In this document: piece by piece, positions 1 to 12,639 of the stretch | Layout of the letters: each line of letters starts with the position of its first letter | Position numbering within the stretch: position 1 is the stretch's first letter | Assembly: GCF_004010195.1 (NCBI RefSeq) | Contig: NC_057720.1 | Location: forward strand, 12,030,543-12,094,542 | Reading direction: 5' to 3' | DNA length: 64,000 nucleotides | From: Chiloscyllium plagiosum | Lineage: Eukaryota | Made by a program: the position numbers and the translations under genes | Notes under the pieces: generated by a model | What the model was told of the DNA's origin: nothing | Databases searched by the model: none | Seen by the model: only the letters and a program-made list of their open reading frames with translations

Positions 1-85
1 CTTACAATCGTGCCATCAAAGACATCAGAAACAACACTTCTGTACTTCACCTGCTTTCTCTTTTTAAAAGGTGTGAAAGAGGCAA
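1..85 (-). CDS. USP33: USP33 exon, truncated by the window edge (VASFTPFKKRKQVKYRSVVSDVFDGTIVS...)
   Basis: Acceptor ttttcctatttctag at 86-87, phase 1; KYRSVVSDVFDGT matches the recalled USP33 KYRSVISDIFDGT. Confidence 0.92.
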
Positions 86-1339
86 CTAGAAATAGGAAAA
101 AAAAAGGAATTCCATATTAAAACAATTTTATAAATTGTGCATTTTAATAAAAGCATCACGATCTTTACTCCAATTGCTTTGGTTGGATAACAGAAGAAAA
201 CAGTGGCAGAGAGGTTTCTCAGTTCACTGGAACTGCTTGGGATTAAATCAAGCAGACAGGTAGGAAGCAAGTCAGTCATGTGAAGAGAGATTGACCAGTC
301 ACACTCCAGATCCACAGAATGAGCTCCCAGTGAAAAAAAACTGCCCTAATTTAGTAATTTTGCCCAGGATGCCAATGGGAATTAAAAATTGCAGCAAGTG
401 ATGGTGGTGGGGTGCACTTCTGTTAACTACAAGCTAAAGCTGAGCAGAGTACAGTCCTCTCATCTGCAGCAAAAGCATGGAGCACTTGAGTGCTCAAGCA
501 GGAAAGTGGTCCATTTGTAATGAGCATAAGGTTTCATAAACAAAACACCAATAGTTACATTCTCCCCCAAAAGTAAACAGAACTTGTTTGTTGGTCACTA
601 TCTAAACATTCCTGGCAACAGCATTTACTTGTGGAATTTCATTCTCTTCCCCTTTCATCAAAATTGTTTGACACCACAGAATAATAATCAATGCTGCAGT
701 TTTTATCTCTTTCATATTACTTATTCTGAAATGTAGGTATTAAATCCAAACACATTCTGATTTTAGTATCAAAACGACAGATTACCTCTCTTCCTCTCCT
801 AAAGATAAAAATGTCAAACTTAACAGTTCAAAAATGCTGACATTTCTCTTGTACATCCTCAAAATAGCCATTCTTCATTCATGAAAGAAGTGTCAACATC
901 CAAACTGGCCATTTACTACACCAATCTACATCACTTGACCAATGATCAAAAGTTAAAGTGTCAACTGTGCTATCCAGAACCACTTCACCAATGATCAACT
1001 TATCAATGCTAACTTTGCATTTTGCAATAGCTAATCAGCTCCTGGCCTTATTTCAGCTTTGGTCCAAACATGGTCAAAGCATGTACTTTGCAGAGGTCTG
1101 ACTACTACCCTTGACTTGAAGGAAGCATTTAACAAAGTTGGCATCAAGGAGCACAAGCAAAACTGGTAACAACAAGAATCGATGAAAAACTGATTGAAGT
1201 CATTCCCATCACAAAGGAAAATGGTCACGTTTGTTGGAACCCAACCAGTCCCATCCCAAGACCATCACGGCAGGAGATTCTCATGGGAATCAGGAATGGA
1301 TAATAAATCTTGGTCTAGCCAAAGATGCCCACATCGAGG

Positions 1340-1569
1340 NNNNNNNNNNNNNNNNNNNNNNNNNNNNNNNNNNNNNNNNNNNNNNNNNNNNNNNNNNNNN
1401 NNNNNNNNNNNNNNNNNNNNNNNNNNNNNNNNNNNNNNNNNNNNNNNNNNNNNNNNNNNNNNNNNNNNNNNNNNNNNNNNNNNNNNNNNNNNNNNNNNNN
1501 NNNNNNNNNNNNNNNNNNNNNNNNNNNNNNNNNNNNNNNNNNNNNNNNNNNNNNNNNNNNNNNNNNNNN
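1340..1569. other. Assembly gap
   Basis: N run. Confidence 1.
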
Positions 1570-3592
1570 ACCCCTAGTGCTCACCGTATTCCCAAGTGCT
1601 CACCAAATTCCCCTGTGCTCACCGAATTCCCAGTGCTCACCGAATCCCCCTATGCTCACCGAATCCCCCTGTGCTCACCATATTCCGCAGTGCTCACCGA
1701 ATCCCCCAGTACTCACCGAACCCCTAGTGCTCACCGTATTCCCAAGTGCTCACCAAATTCCCCTGTGCTCACCGAATTCCCAGTGCTCACCGAATCCCCC
1801 TGTGCTCACCAAATTCCCCTGTGCTCACCGAATTCCCAGTGCTCACCGAATCCCCCTATGCTCACCGAATCCCCCTGTGCTCACCAAATTCCCCTGTGCT
1901 CACCGAATTCCCAGTGTCACCAAATTCCCCTGTGCTCACCGAATTCCCAGTGCTCACCGAATCCCCCTATGCTCACCGAATACCCCAATGCTCACCGAAT
2001 CCCCCTGTTCTCATTGAATCCCCCTGTTCTCACTGAAACCCCTTGTGCTCACCGTATCCCCCAGCGCTCACCGAATCCCCTTGTGCTCACCGAATCCCCC
2101 TGTTCTCATCGAATACCCCAAGGCTCACCGAATACCTCAGTTCTCACTGAATCCCCCTGGGCTCACCAAATCCCCCTGTGCTCACTGTATCCCCCTAGTG
2201 CTCACTGAATCACCTTGTGCTCACCGAATCCCCCCGTTCTCACCAAATCCCCCGTGCTCCCCGAATCCCCCAGTTCTGACTGAATCCCCCTGTTTTCACT
2301 GAGTCCCCTGTGCTCACCAAATTCCCCAGTGCTCACCGAATCCCATTGTGCTCACCACATTCCCCAGTGCTCACCGAATCCCCCACTGCTCACCGAATCA
2401 GCCTGTGCTCACTGAATCCCCCAGTGCACACCAAATCCCCCAGTGCTCACCGAATCCCCCTCTTCTCACCGAATCCCCTGTTCTCACCGAATTCCCTTGT
2501 GCTCACCGAAGCCCCCTGTTCTCAACGAATCCCCCAGGGCTCACCGAATCCCTTAGTTCTCACCGAATCCCCCTGTGCTCACCAAATCCCCCAGTGCTCA
2601 CCGAATCTCCTAGTGCTCAACGGATCCCCCAGTGCTCACTGACTCCCCCTGTGTTCACCAAATTCCCCAGTGCTCACCGGATCCCCCAGTGCTCACCGAA
2701 TCCCCCTGTGCTCACCGAATCCCCCTGTGCTCACTGAATCCCCCTGTTCTCACTGAATCCGCCAGTGCACACCAAATACCCCAGTCCTCACCGAATCCCC
2801 CAGTGCTCACCGAATTTCCTAGTGCTCACCAAATCCCCTTGTGCTCACCTACTCCCCCAATGCTCACCGAATCCCCCTGTGCTCACCGAATCCCCCTGTG
2901 CTCACCGAATCCCCCTGTGCTCACCATATTCCGCAGTGCTCACCGAATCCCCCAGTACTCACCGAACCCCTAGTGCTCACCGTATTCCCAAGTGCTCACC
3001 GAATCCCCCAGTGCTCTCCGAATCCGCCAGTGCTCACTGAATCGCCCTGCTCTCACCGAATACCCCTGTGCTCACCGAATACCCCAGTACTCACCGAATC
3101 CCCCAGTGCTCTCCGAATCCCCCAGTGCTCACCGAATCCCCCAGTGCTCACCGAATCCCCTGTGCTCACCGAATCCCCAGTGCTTACCGAATCCCACGTT
3201 CTCACCCAATTCCCCTGTTCTCACTGAATCCCCCAGTACTCACCGAATACCCCAGTGCTCACTGAATCCCCCAGTGCTCACCAAATCCCCCAGTGCTCAC
3301 CGAATCCCCAGTGCTCACTGGATCCCCCAGTGCTCACCGAATCCTCCTGTTCTCACCGAATCCCCTTGTGCTCACCGAATCCACCTGTTCACATCGAATC
3401 CCCCAGTGCTCACCGAATACCCCAGTTCTCACCAGATTCCCCTGTGCTCATCGAATCCCCCTGTGCTCACCAAATCCCCCAGTGCTCACCGAATCTCCTA
3501 GTGCTCACCGAATTCCCCGTTCTCACCGATTCCCCCTGTGCTCACCGAATCCCCCAGTATTCACCAAATCCCCCAGTGCTCACCGAATCCCC
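1570..3592. repeat. ~19-bp monomer satellite (GTGCTCACCGAATCCCCCW), intronic, flanked by N gaps on both sides
   Basis: About 100 diverged tandem copies visible directly; true length unknown because of the gaps. Confidence 0.95.
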
Positions 3593-3901
3593 NNNNNNNN
3601 NNNNNNNNNNNNNNNNNNNNNNNNNNNNNNNNNNNNNNNNNNNNNNNNNNNNNNNNNNNNNNNNNNNNNNNNNNNNNNNNNNNNNNNNNNNNNNNNNNNN
3701 NNNNNNNNNNNNNNNNNNNNNNNNNNNNNNNNNNNNNNNNNNNNNNNNNNNNNNNNNNNNNNNNNNNNNNNNNNNNNNNNNNNNNNNNNNNNNNNNNNNN
3801 NNNNNNNNNNNNNNNNNNNNNNNNNNNNNNNNNNNNNNNNNNNNNNNNNNNNNNNNNNNNNNNNNNNNNNNNNNNNNNNNNNNNNNNNNNNNNNNNNNNN
3901 N
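3593..3901. other. Assembly gap
   Basis: N run. Confidence 1.
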
Positions 3902-3959
3902 GAAGGAAGGAAGGAATAAATAAATAAATAAATGTCTTAGGCTCAACATTCTTCAGGTG

Positions 3960-4356
3960 AAAGTGAGGACTGCAGATGCTGGAGATCAGAATCTAGATTA
4001 GAGTGGTGCTGGAAAAGCACAGCAGGTCAGGTAGCATCTGAGGAGCAGGAAAATCGACTGCCCCGATGAAGAGCTTTTGCCTGAAACGTTGATTTTCCTG
4101 CACCTCGGATGCTGCCTGACCTGCTGTGCTTTTCCAGCACCGCTCTGATCTAGATTTTGATCTCCAGCATCTGCAGTCCTCAATTTCACCTGGATGATTT
4201 TATCCTTACTGCAAATCCTCTTGCAAGGATGCCTACCTTGAAGTTCTCCTCTCTCTACAAGAATCTCAGTGAGTCGCTCTCTCACTGCAACCCCCCAGTC
4301 ATCTCCTCTGCCCTGAAGCTCTTCAACCATGTCCTGAAACAGACTCGCTACCATAC
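3960..4356. mobile_element. Palindromic Penelope-derived mini-element plus probable ORF 5' remnant, with TSD
   Basis: Inverted arms ~3955-4060 and ~4090-4192; imperfect direct repeat CTSAACATTYTTCAGSTG at 3942-3959 and 4357-4374. Confidence 0.75.
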
Positions 4357-4673
4357 CTGAACATTTTTCAGCTGCTTTGTTGATCACATTCCATCTATCC
4401 ATTCATCACAAGTAGAAGGGTTTATCAGAGATTGCACAGTACTCAGAAAAGCGCAGCTTAGAGGGAAATTGATGATAAATGGCAATAATACGTGCAACAC
4501 AGATGCCAGGCAAAAACCATCTTGAACAACAAAGAATGGAACCACCTCCCCTTGACAGTCAAGTGAGTTCCATATGAGTATAGGGTTCTGCAAGTCTGTA
4601 CAGTTCAGTAAGCTGTTGATTCCACACACTGGGAATAATATCTTTCCATGCAAACGTTCAAATGAGTGTGCAC

Positions 4674-4814
4674 CTTTTCTGTGTGAGGAAACAAGCCCCC
4701 CCCACAATGAAGTGGATCGGGGTGGACTGCTGGACAGCCTTGCATTTGTTGCATCGTTAGACGTAGAACTGTGTGGCCTTGAAGGACTGCGCATAGACAC
4801 ATCACAAGCAACGT
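4674..4814 (-). CDS. USP33: USP33 insert exon (DVACDVSMRSPSRPHSSTSNDATNARLSSSPPRSTSLWGGLVSSHRK)
   Basis: ttttag|AC...AAA G|gtgcac, 141 nt, phase 1/1; aligns with the recalled USP33 segment NPRLSASPPKSGNLWPGLAPPHKK. Confidence 0.9.
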
Positions 4815-5488
4815 CTAAAAAGGAACGAAAGCAAAAATTAGCTGTCTTGTAAAAAAAAAGTAATTTTATTATATCTTGTAGTACCCACAAACATGATTTA
4901 TTCTTGATGAATGACGTGGGCATGAGAGTAGAAGTATTTTGACCCAAAGAAATGGCAATACATACCCAAACTTGGTTAGTACTGGCAGCAGTGCCTTCAA
5001 ATACTAAGGCCCTCAGCCTCTGGAATTCCTTCCATAAATTTCTCCAGTCTCTATTCCCCTTTAAGACACTTCCCAAAACCTTCTTCTGACAAAGCCTTCG
5101 GTCATTTATCTCAACATTTCTTTACAGAGCTTGGTCAGATAACCAGTGAAGCACCTTCAGATATTTAACTACAAATCGTACTTGATTAGAGACTTGAAGC
5201 TGTACCCATACACCTGCTTCCTTATTGTCCAAGGTAGCTCAAGTGTCTGTTCAGCTCAAGTGCTTAAAAGTGATGCACATGTGGATATTTCAGGGTGACA
5301 GGTCTAATGGGATTTTGACTCTATACCAGAAGATTGGCAGAACAAGGTACACTCCATAAACTTCTACAAGGGAAGCTGCAAAATTAGAATAGACAACACA
5401 AAGTATTTCACCCAGACAGAGATTCAGACATGACCAGGAGTTTAGTTCTCAATTTTAAGAAACTGGCTATGAATTCCAAATAACAAAC

Positions 5489-5715
5489 ACCCTGTGTGGT
5501 ATTGCGATCTTTTGCATCAAGCAGGAAATTCTAGCTAATGGTGTGCTCAAAGTTGGGGCTGAACTGGGGCAAGAGTGCAAAATATATCAAAAAAAACAAA
5601 TTCTTGCCTACTAACCATTCAAAACTTCAGTTCAGCCCCAACTTTGAACACACCATTAGCTAGAATTAGCTAGAATTTCCTGCTTGATGGAAAAGACAGC
5701 AATACCACACAGGGT
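5489..5715. repeat. Long inverted repeat (arms 5489-5566 and 5628-5715), MITE-like
   Basis: ACCCTGTGTGGTATTGC...GGGGCTGAACTG is mirrored; the right arm has a 10-bp internal duplication. Confidence 0.85.
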
Positions 5716-6423
5716 AATGTACACCCACGAATGAATGCTGGGATCCTTTCCGCATTTATTTCCTCAAGTTACTGTTTTCATAGGCCCAATAGTCCTGCTT
5801 CGTCCAGCAGCAAGAATGTACAACAGAATCCTATGCCTAGAAGCTATGTGATCTTCCTTCATTTAACTCCAACAATACACCAATGCATTATTTGTGATCC
5901 CAAAACAAAATTAGTTCAAGTGCTTTGTCTCCCTCTTGAGAAAACAAGTATCTAGCATATCAAGAAAATAGGTACATTTGTGAATTTCCTAGAAGGAAGC
6001 TTTGGAAATCCTCATGAATACATTTCCCAACTTCTACATTCCCATTTGATACCCACCTCCCTCACAAAAAATGCACAAACCTACAAAGTTTATTTTGTGG
6101 AAGAACTCAAATTCCACAACAACTTTCTACCACATTAAATTCTGTACCATGGGGAACATTCATCAACAAGTATAATTAATTAAATCTTCAGTGAGGTGAT
6201 TCATATTGGTAGAAAGAATATGGAGACAACGTAAAATAAGGGTACTACGCTAAAGAAAATGCATGAGCAGAGAGACCTTGGTGTTTATGTGCACAACTTA
6301 TGCAAAAGGTGACAGGACAGTGGAGAGTATGATTTAAAAAAAAAAAAACCATATAGTATCCTATGCGTTATTAAAATTGGCCTAGAGTATAGCAACAGGG
6401 AACTTAGGCTGAATCTGCACAAG

Positions 6424-6741
6424 TGGGCGGCACGGTGGCACAGTGGTTAGCACTGCTGCCTCACAGCACCAGAGACCCGTGTTCAATTCCCGCCTCAGGC
6501 GACTGACTGTGTGGAGTTTGCATGTTCTCCCTGTGTCTGCGTGGGATTCCTCCGGGTGCTCCGGTTTCCTCCCACAGTCCAAAGAGGTGCAGTTCAGGTG
6601 AACTGGCCATGCTAAATTGCCCGTAGTGTTAGGTAAGGAGATAAATGTAGGGGTATGGGTGGGTTGCGCTTCGGCAGGGCGGTGTGGACTTGTTGGGCCG
6701 AAGGGCCTGTTTCCACACAGGAAGTAATCAAATCTAATCTA
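6424..6741 (+). mobile_element. HE1-type V-SINE (tRNA head, V domain, CR1-derived tail)
   Basis: A box TGGCACAGTGG, B box GTTCAATTCC, V-domain GTGTGGAGTTTGCATGTTCTCC..., (AATCT)n tail. Confidence 0.88.
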
Positions 6742-6744
6742 AGA

Positions 6745-7330
6745 CGTTAGGGAGATCTCACAAGTACTCTGTACAGTCCTAGGCACCACACTTTAGAAAG
6801 ATTGTGAATGCTTTGGAGGGGATGCAAAGAGGTTTATAACATTGAAGTGTCTTATCCTTGGAACCAATTAAGAGGATCGATTGGAGAAGCTGGGTCTGTT
6901 CTCCTTGGAGAAAGGAAATGCTGAGAGGAGATTTGAATGAAGTTTTCAAAATCATGAAAAGACAGGACAGAGCTGCTCTTGCTTGTAAATGGATCAAAAC
7001 AAGAGGGCAGAGGGGCATGGATAAGGTAAATAGCCAAGGTCTTTTCCTTGGGGTGTGGGAGTCCAAACTAGAGGGCATAGGTTTAAGGTGAGAGGGCAAA
7101 GATTTAAAAAGTACCTAAGGGGCAACTTTTTCACACAGAGGGTGATCCACGTATGGAATGAACTGCCAGAGGAAGTGGTGAAGACTGGTATAATTACAAT
7201 ATTTAAAGGCATTTGGATGGGTATACAACTAAGAAAGGTTTATACTGGCAAATGGGACTAGATTTATTTAGGATACCTGGTCAGTGTGAATGTCTTGGAC
7301 CAAAGAGTCTGCTTCCGTAATGTATGGCTA
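6745..7330 (+). mobile_element. CR1 (HER1-like) LINE 3' fragment
   Basis: Decayed CR1 ORF2 C-terminus (LRGDLNEVFKIM; TRGHRFKVRG...FFTQRVIHVWNELP). Confidence 0.85.
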
Positions 7331-8891
7331 TAAAAAAAAAGAGAATGGAGTCACAGACTTAGTGAGGTCATTCCATCATGTATGAAGGCCACCAATAATG
7401 GACTGATTAAGTTCAGAAGTGCTGAAGAGGAGCTCAGCAATTGGGGGGTTTTAAGGCTGGAGAAAATTAGAGATGTGGATAGGATGACACACTAATTTGC
7501 GAAGAAAAGAATTTTAAAATTCAATTGTGGCAAGACTGGGACTCCGTGCAGATCAACAAACACAGGTGGGTTCACAGGCAGATTTTGAATGACTTCAGCA
7601 TTTGAGGGTAGAACATGGGAGGCCAGCAAGGGATGCGTCAGAACAGTCAAGTCGCAAAGGTCTGGCTCGGGGTTTTGGCAGCAGACAAGCCAAGGCTGTT
7701 GACGCTATCAAGATGGAGAAAGATAGCGTACACTTTTGCACAAATGCATGATATGTTGCTCATCACAGTGTCAAAGTCATTTTTCATTGCAGGTTCAATC
7801 TTATTAAAAACACTCACCATTTGTTCACTATTGAGGAATGAACATTTATAGCGTGGTAGTGGTTATTTAAGTTGTACAGATTCTGCTGCCTTGTTCTCAT
7901 CTCAGACTTGTCTGTTCACCTTTCAAATTTTAACCATATATTGCTTACAGATTGCACTACTCTTGCCCCAAATACTTCCCTGACAAAAAAAAATCCTCTA
8001 GACGGCCTGACTGAAAGAAAGTGCTACACACTTTCAACAATTTAAGTTGATGATCCTCCTCATCACCAACTCTTCAAGAGGAAGAAATCTTTCCTCGTTC
8101 TTTATTAAAACTTCTGAAAATTTTATTAATTCGCATTTCAATCTTCTCCAATAGAAAAACAAAGTCTCAGTTTCCCAACAGTCCCAGTATCTCAAGCTTC
8201 TCATGATTGGTTTCCCATTTCATACATAATTTTGGTAATTCTGTATGGTCTGTAAACACATTGTGGTTAGAACTGACATTTTTACAAAGAACAAGTAATA
8301 CTTTGTGGCCTAAACCAAAGGTTTCATATGCATTTAATGTTATTTGTTTTTAAATATTTTTTATATTTCTGTTTATAAGAGCAATTGTAATTAGCTTTTG
8401 TTATGACTTTACCTGTCCATATACTCTCTTCTAGAATATTAGATGTTTAAATCCCCAACCCCATTTGCACATTTTCACTACTTACCTTTGGAAAGCATGC
8501 CCCTTTGTCTGGTTTTCACCTCAAAGTACCAGTACACTCAGTTGTCATAAACTGCATCCACCACCTGCCTGGTTATTCAAATTACCAGTGTGTGTCTTTC
8601 TCAAGCTTGCTATTCTTCCTTGCTATTTGTGACATCTCTTCTGTTAGTACATTAAGCACAATATATTTTAACAAGTAAAAAGTTGCGTTATAAGTAAAAG
8701 GCTCAAATTGGGTAAGTAGAATACACATCAAGTTAGAAATCGGAAACTCTAGTCATCTGTCTCACTTTTAATCAATTATTTGAGTTATTCATACCAGAAA
8801 TATCCAATTTGAAAAGAAATACTTGGATTGTTTTATGGAAGCAGCAGAACAGGATTAAATCCACACAATGTAAATAAGAATGCCTATTTAC

Positions 8892-9312
8892 CTGGCAACC
8901 TGCTTTGGATCTGCACTTTGACTGTCCCATCACGGTCTACTATTTGATCAGCACCTGTTGAAGTATCCATGTCTTTATCCAATTCATCTCTAGAGTTGGG
9001 CCTATAAAGCTTATGCAGCAGATTTCGCTCCCGTTGCCATCCTTTAGCTGATGCACAATTCTTCATTTCTTCATGTACTAGCATCTCTGCTTCCATGCAG
9101 TCTTCTGCCGAGATCTTAGAGTTTGTCTCAGGGTCAGCCTTGTCACTGCCAGAGCATGAATCACAAGACTGAAATTCATTGTCAGACAAGTTTTCTTCTT
9201 CCATTTGATCTTCCATAGTTGCAGATACAGCGTCCTCAATCTGCTCGACAATTTGTTCCTTCAATTCTTCGTGAAGTTGATCCATTAAGCAACGCAGAAA
9301 TTCTTGGGCATC
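8892..9312 (-). CDS. USP33: USP33 exon (DAQEFLRCLMDQLHEELKEQ...TVKVQIQSRLP), QQD box plus insert
   Basis: tttcag|GAT...CCA G|gtaaat, 421 nt, phase 0/1. The insert motifs (FQSCDSCS, TVKVQIxSR) match USP33 rather than USP20. Confidence 0.96.
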
Positions 9313-9957
9313 CTGAAAAAGAGTGAAATAAGAGTAGCTTAACATAGCTAGCATTTGGGGAATCAGAACCACTGCTTAAGTTTACAAGATAGCAACTTGC
9401 AATGGCTTTTGACGTCCATTAAAAATTATGATTGAAGATCTGTAATATGAAAAGTTACACTCTCCCCTGAACTAGAGTATTTTTCGCATTTTGTCCATAT
9501 TTTGAAGTTCCTACATTCACAAGAATTTACATCTGGACAGAAGTGACTGGTTCTATATTTTCCAAATACATAATTTAAAATGTTAACCTGTAATTGAATA
9601 AATCATTAAATTAGTCACTTTATGGTTCAATTACTTGTTTAAAGAAAAAACAAATTGCCCCTAAACCACCTTATGATGACGACAGGGGAAAATTAAGCTC
9701 AGTGCCAGAGACTGTTTCATGTAGGAAGAGTAACAGGGTGAGAATATTTATCTACTTGAACCTGATCCATCAATTAGATCAGTAGTGATCATAGAGATTA
9801 TTACAGATCTTTCAGGCAGTGGATTCAAGATCAGTGAGTACTATGTTAAGATATTCTTGTTTCCGCTCTCTTGCTGTCTCAAGTGGTCTCTCTGACATTC
9901 CAGCCCACCCTTCAGGTACTCAACCTCCAATTAACACCAGCATAAAATTCTTACAGA

Positions 9958-10278
9958 ATGCGGTACAGTGACACAGTGGTTAGCACTGCTGCCTCACAGT
10001 GCCAGGGACCCGGCATCAATTCCCACCTCGGGCGACTGTCTGTGTGGAATTTAAACATTCTCACATCTGCTGGGTTTCCTCCGGATGCTCGGGTTTCCTT
10101 CCACAATCCAAAGATGCGCAGGTTAGATAGATTGGCCATGCTAAATTGCTCATAGTGTTAAGTGCATTAGTTAGGGGTAAATGTTGGGAATAGGTCTGGA
10201 TGGGTTACTCTGCAGAGGGTTGGTGTGGACTTGTTGGACTGAATAGCATGTTTCCATACTGCAGGGAATCTAATCTAG
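9958..10278 (+). mobile_element. HE1-type V-SINE, diverged
   Basis: Same head, V domain and AATCT tail as the copy at 6424. Confidence 0.85.
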
Positions 10279-11130
10279 TCAAAAGAAATCTAATCAAAGT
10301 CAATAATGAAATCCAAGCCTCATTACAGACAGCTTCTTTTCGAGAATATTCTTTCCACAGCACCCCCATAATAAAAATGACTTTATATCTACACAAGTCA
10401 GGTACTGCTATACATTGTTTGTTTGTCTTGGAATGGAATAGTGTAGAAGAAAAAAAGGCTTCAGATTGGTTCCACAGGTTGGCGCAACATCAAGAGCAGA
10501 AGGCTGCTCTTACTGCGCTGTAATCTTCTATGTCCTTCAGCACGTCAACTCCATTTTCCCCACTTTTGATCCAGACCTTGAAAACCATAACCTAATAAAA
10601 AGCTCCTGATCTCAGTTGCAAGAGCTCCAAATGTCTCAGCATCCACAGCCTTTTGTGATAAATGTTCAAGATTGCCACTGCTTTTTGTAGGAAGATGTCC
10701 TTTCTTATTTCCCCACTTAATGTGGGAGAATGCAGGAGAATGGCACAAGGTAATGATTCTCGTTTGAACAGCTAGTGCAGGCATGATGGGCTGAATAGCC
10801 CCATACTGCGCCAGAACAATTGTGAAAAAAATAATTAAATTCTCGAGAACATCTTTGAACAAATGTAGAAATTGGGATCATTTCAGGTGACAAAGCAATG
10901 AACTGAAACTGGATCGAGCTGATCATTTGATCATCTGATTGAGACCAGCTAACATTATTCAGAATCAGAAATTTCTATCCTGATCTCTATGGCTCAGCTG
11001 CATGGAGATTTATTTTTGCATTCAAATACATTACAAACACCATGGGTTCATAAATGAACGTTGTTGGGTAGAAAATTTATAATCACAAAAAAAATTCAAT
11101 GAAAATATTCCTCAGTGATAAAGTTCTCAC

Positions 11131-11209
11131 CTGTTGGGAATACCCCCGAAACATTGGATTCACTGTTTTAATCCCCTGGAACAGGCTTGTAGGCACAACG
11201 TAGCTGGGA
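11131..11209 (-). CDS. USP33: USP33 exon ([27 protein letters not shown])
   Basis: ctccag|T...CAG|gtgaga, 79 nt, phase 2/0; leads into the QQDAQEF box. Confidence 0.96.
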
Positions 11210-12185
11210 CTGGAGAAACACAGTCATGTGAATGAAAAGGAATAACATTGCTTGATTTAAACCATATCTTATACGCATATGCCTCAACACTAATGACTCC
11301 TGAGCTCACATAAATGCAGTTTTCCCATTATATACATTGACTGACAGGAATAATGTTATTCCACATTAGTACTGATAGTTCCACGAATGACCTACTTGCT
11401 GAAGGACTCTTCACTGAAAGGCCTCAAGTTTCAGTGTACCAGTCTCATCCTGGTAATCAGAAGTAAACGAAGGAGCAGTTTCCATCATTCAGAAACAAGC
11501 CATGAGCAAGACCCAGGGAGAAGGAACACACACAACTCTTTTTCCACAAATGAAGGTATTAAAATATAGTTGCTGGGATTATTGGGCGTGAACTGTTATG
11601 TTAAACATAAATTTCAACAAATTTACATTAGTTTTTCACTTCACCTCAACAAAAATACAAGAATGATTATAGAAACCAGCTGATTCTGTGCCAATTTTGA
11701 ACTCGTCATTAATGAAGCTAGAGAGCAAACACCACCATTCCCAAATAAATGGAGTGTTAAGAAACAATACTAGGCCATAACCACTTTGAAACTGAATTTA
11801 ATGCAATGTTGATTTTTGGAGAATAGAAGCAGTTGCACATTTTGGATTTGGATGGATAAATGGTGGAAACAATATTTACAGGTGCAGCCAAAAACTTACT
11901 AGTGCTTATGTAGTTCTTCCAGGACTTACTGTCCTGATTTGCTCCAACCAGATAGCCCATCCCACATTACAGTTCATTCCCACTCATTTGGTTCCATTAG
12001 GGGTAATATTCAAACTACTTTGAAACCATTTCTGCTTTATATTTCTCTTGCTTCCTTCAAGACACTTTAAAAGAAAAATCTCTCTCTCTAAATGTGCCTT
12101 TTCCAGTATGCCCAGTGTCTTCCTCTTCCTATTATCCGGCGCATCATTAACTGTGGAACGTGGTATAAAATGTTGTGTGGCTTAC

Positions 12186-12299
12186 CGATTCTTGTGCCAT
12201 ATTTCTGCCATCAACTTTTGGTAACTTTTCGAAAGAGCTGGTTTTTTAACTGTCTGCACCAAGCCTCCACATTCAAGGAAAAATAAAGTCAAGGGAGGG
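12186..12299 (-). CDS. USP33: USP33 exon ([39 protein letters not shown])
   Basis: cccag|C...CG|gtaag, 114 nt, phase 2/2. Confidence 0.96.
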
Positions 12300-12639
12300 C
12301 TGGGGAAGAAAGAGATAAAATGATCTTCACCAGGAAAGTTCCAGTTTGCATTAACTCAGCAATGCTGCCCAATCCCATGATCTCCACCACAATGAAAGAG
12401 AACACTAGCTATAACACAAGGAACAGCACCTCTAATTTCTCCTCCAAGTCACATATCATCTAAACCTTGACATGTATTGCAATCTCTTTCCTGTCACTGG
12501 GTTAACATTGCTGTCTCTCCATACTAAGTCTATTGTGGGAACACCGTCATCACAAGGACTCCTGCCGTGCAAGGAGATGGCTGAACATCTCAGAGCAACA
12601 AATAATAATCAACCAACCCGCTGGTCTGCGTGAACAAGG

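Noticed and set aside
1570..3592. CRISPR-like array
   Set aside because: No unique spacers, monomers are directly adjacent, the context is a vertebrate intron and there are no cas genes. The same applies to the 43.7-kb and 62.2-kb arrays.
1231..3927. Overlapping P/S/C/H-rich ORFs
   Set aside because: Translations of the ~19-bp satellite and of N gaps.
8884..9372. Assignment to USP20 rather than USP33
   Set aside because: The insert motifs, DGTIVS, the N-terminus and the MIGA1 neighbour all fit USP33.
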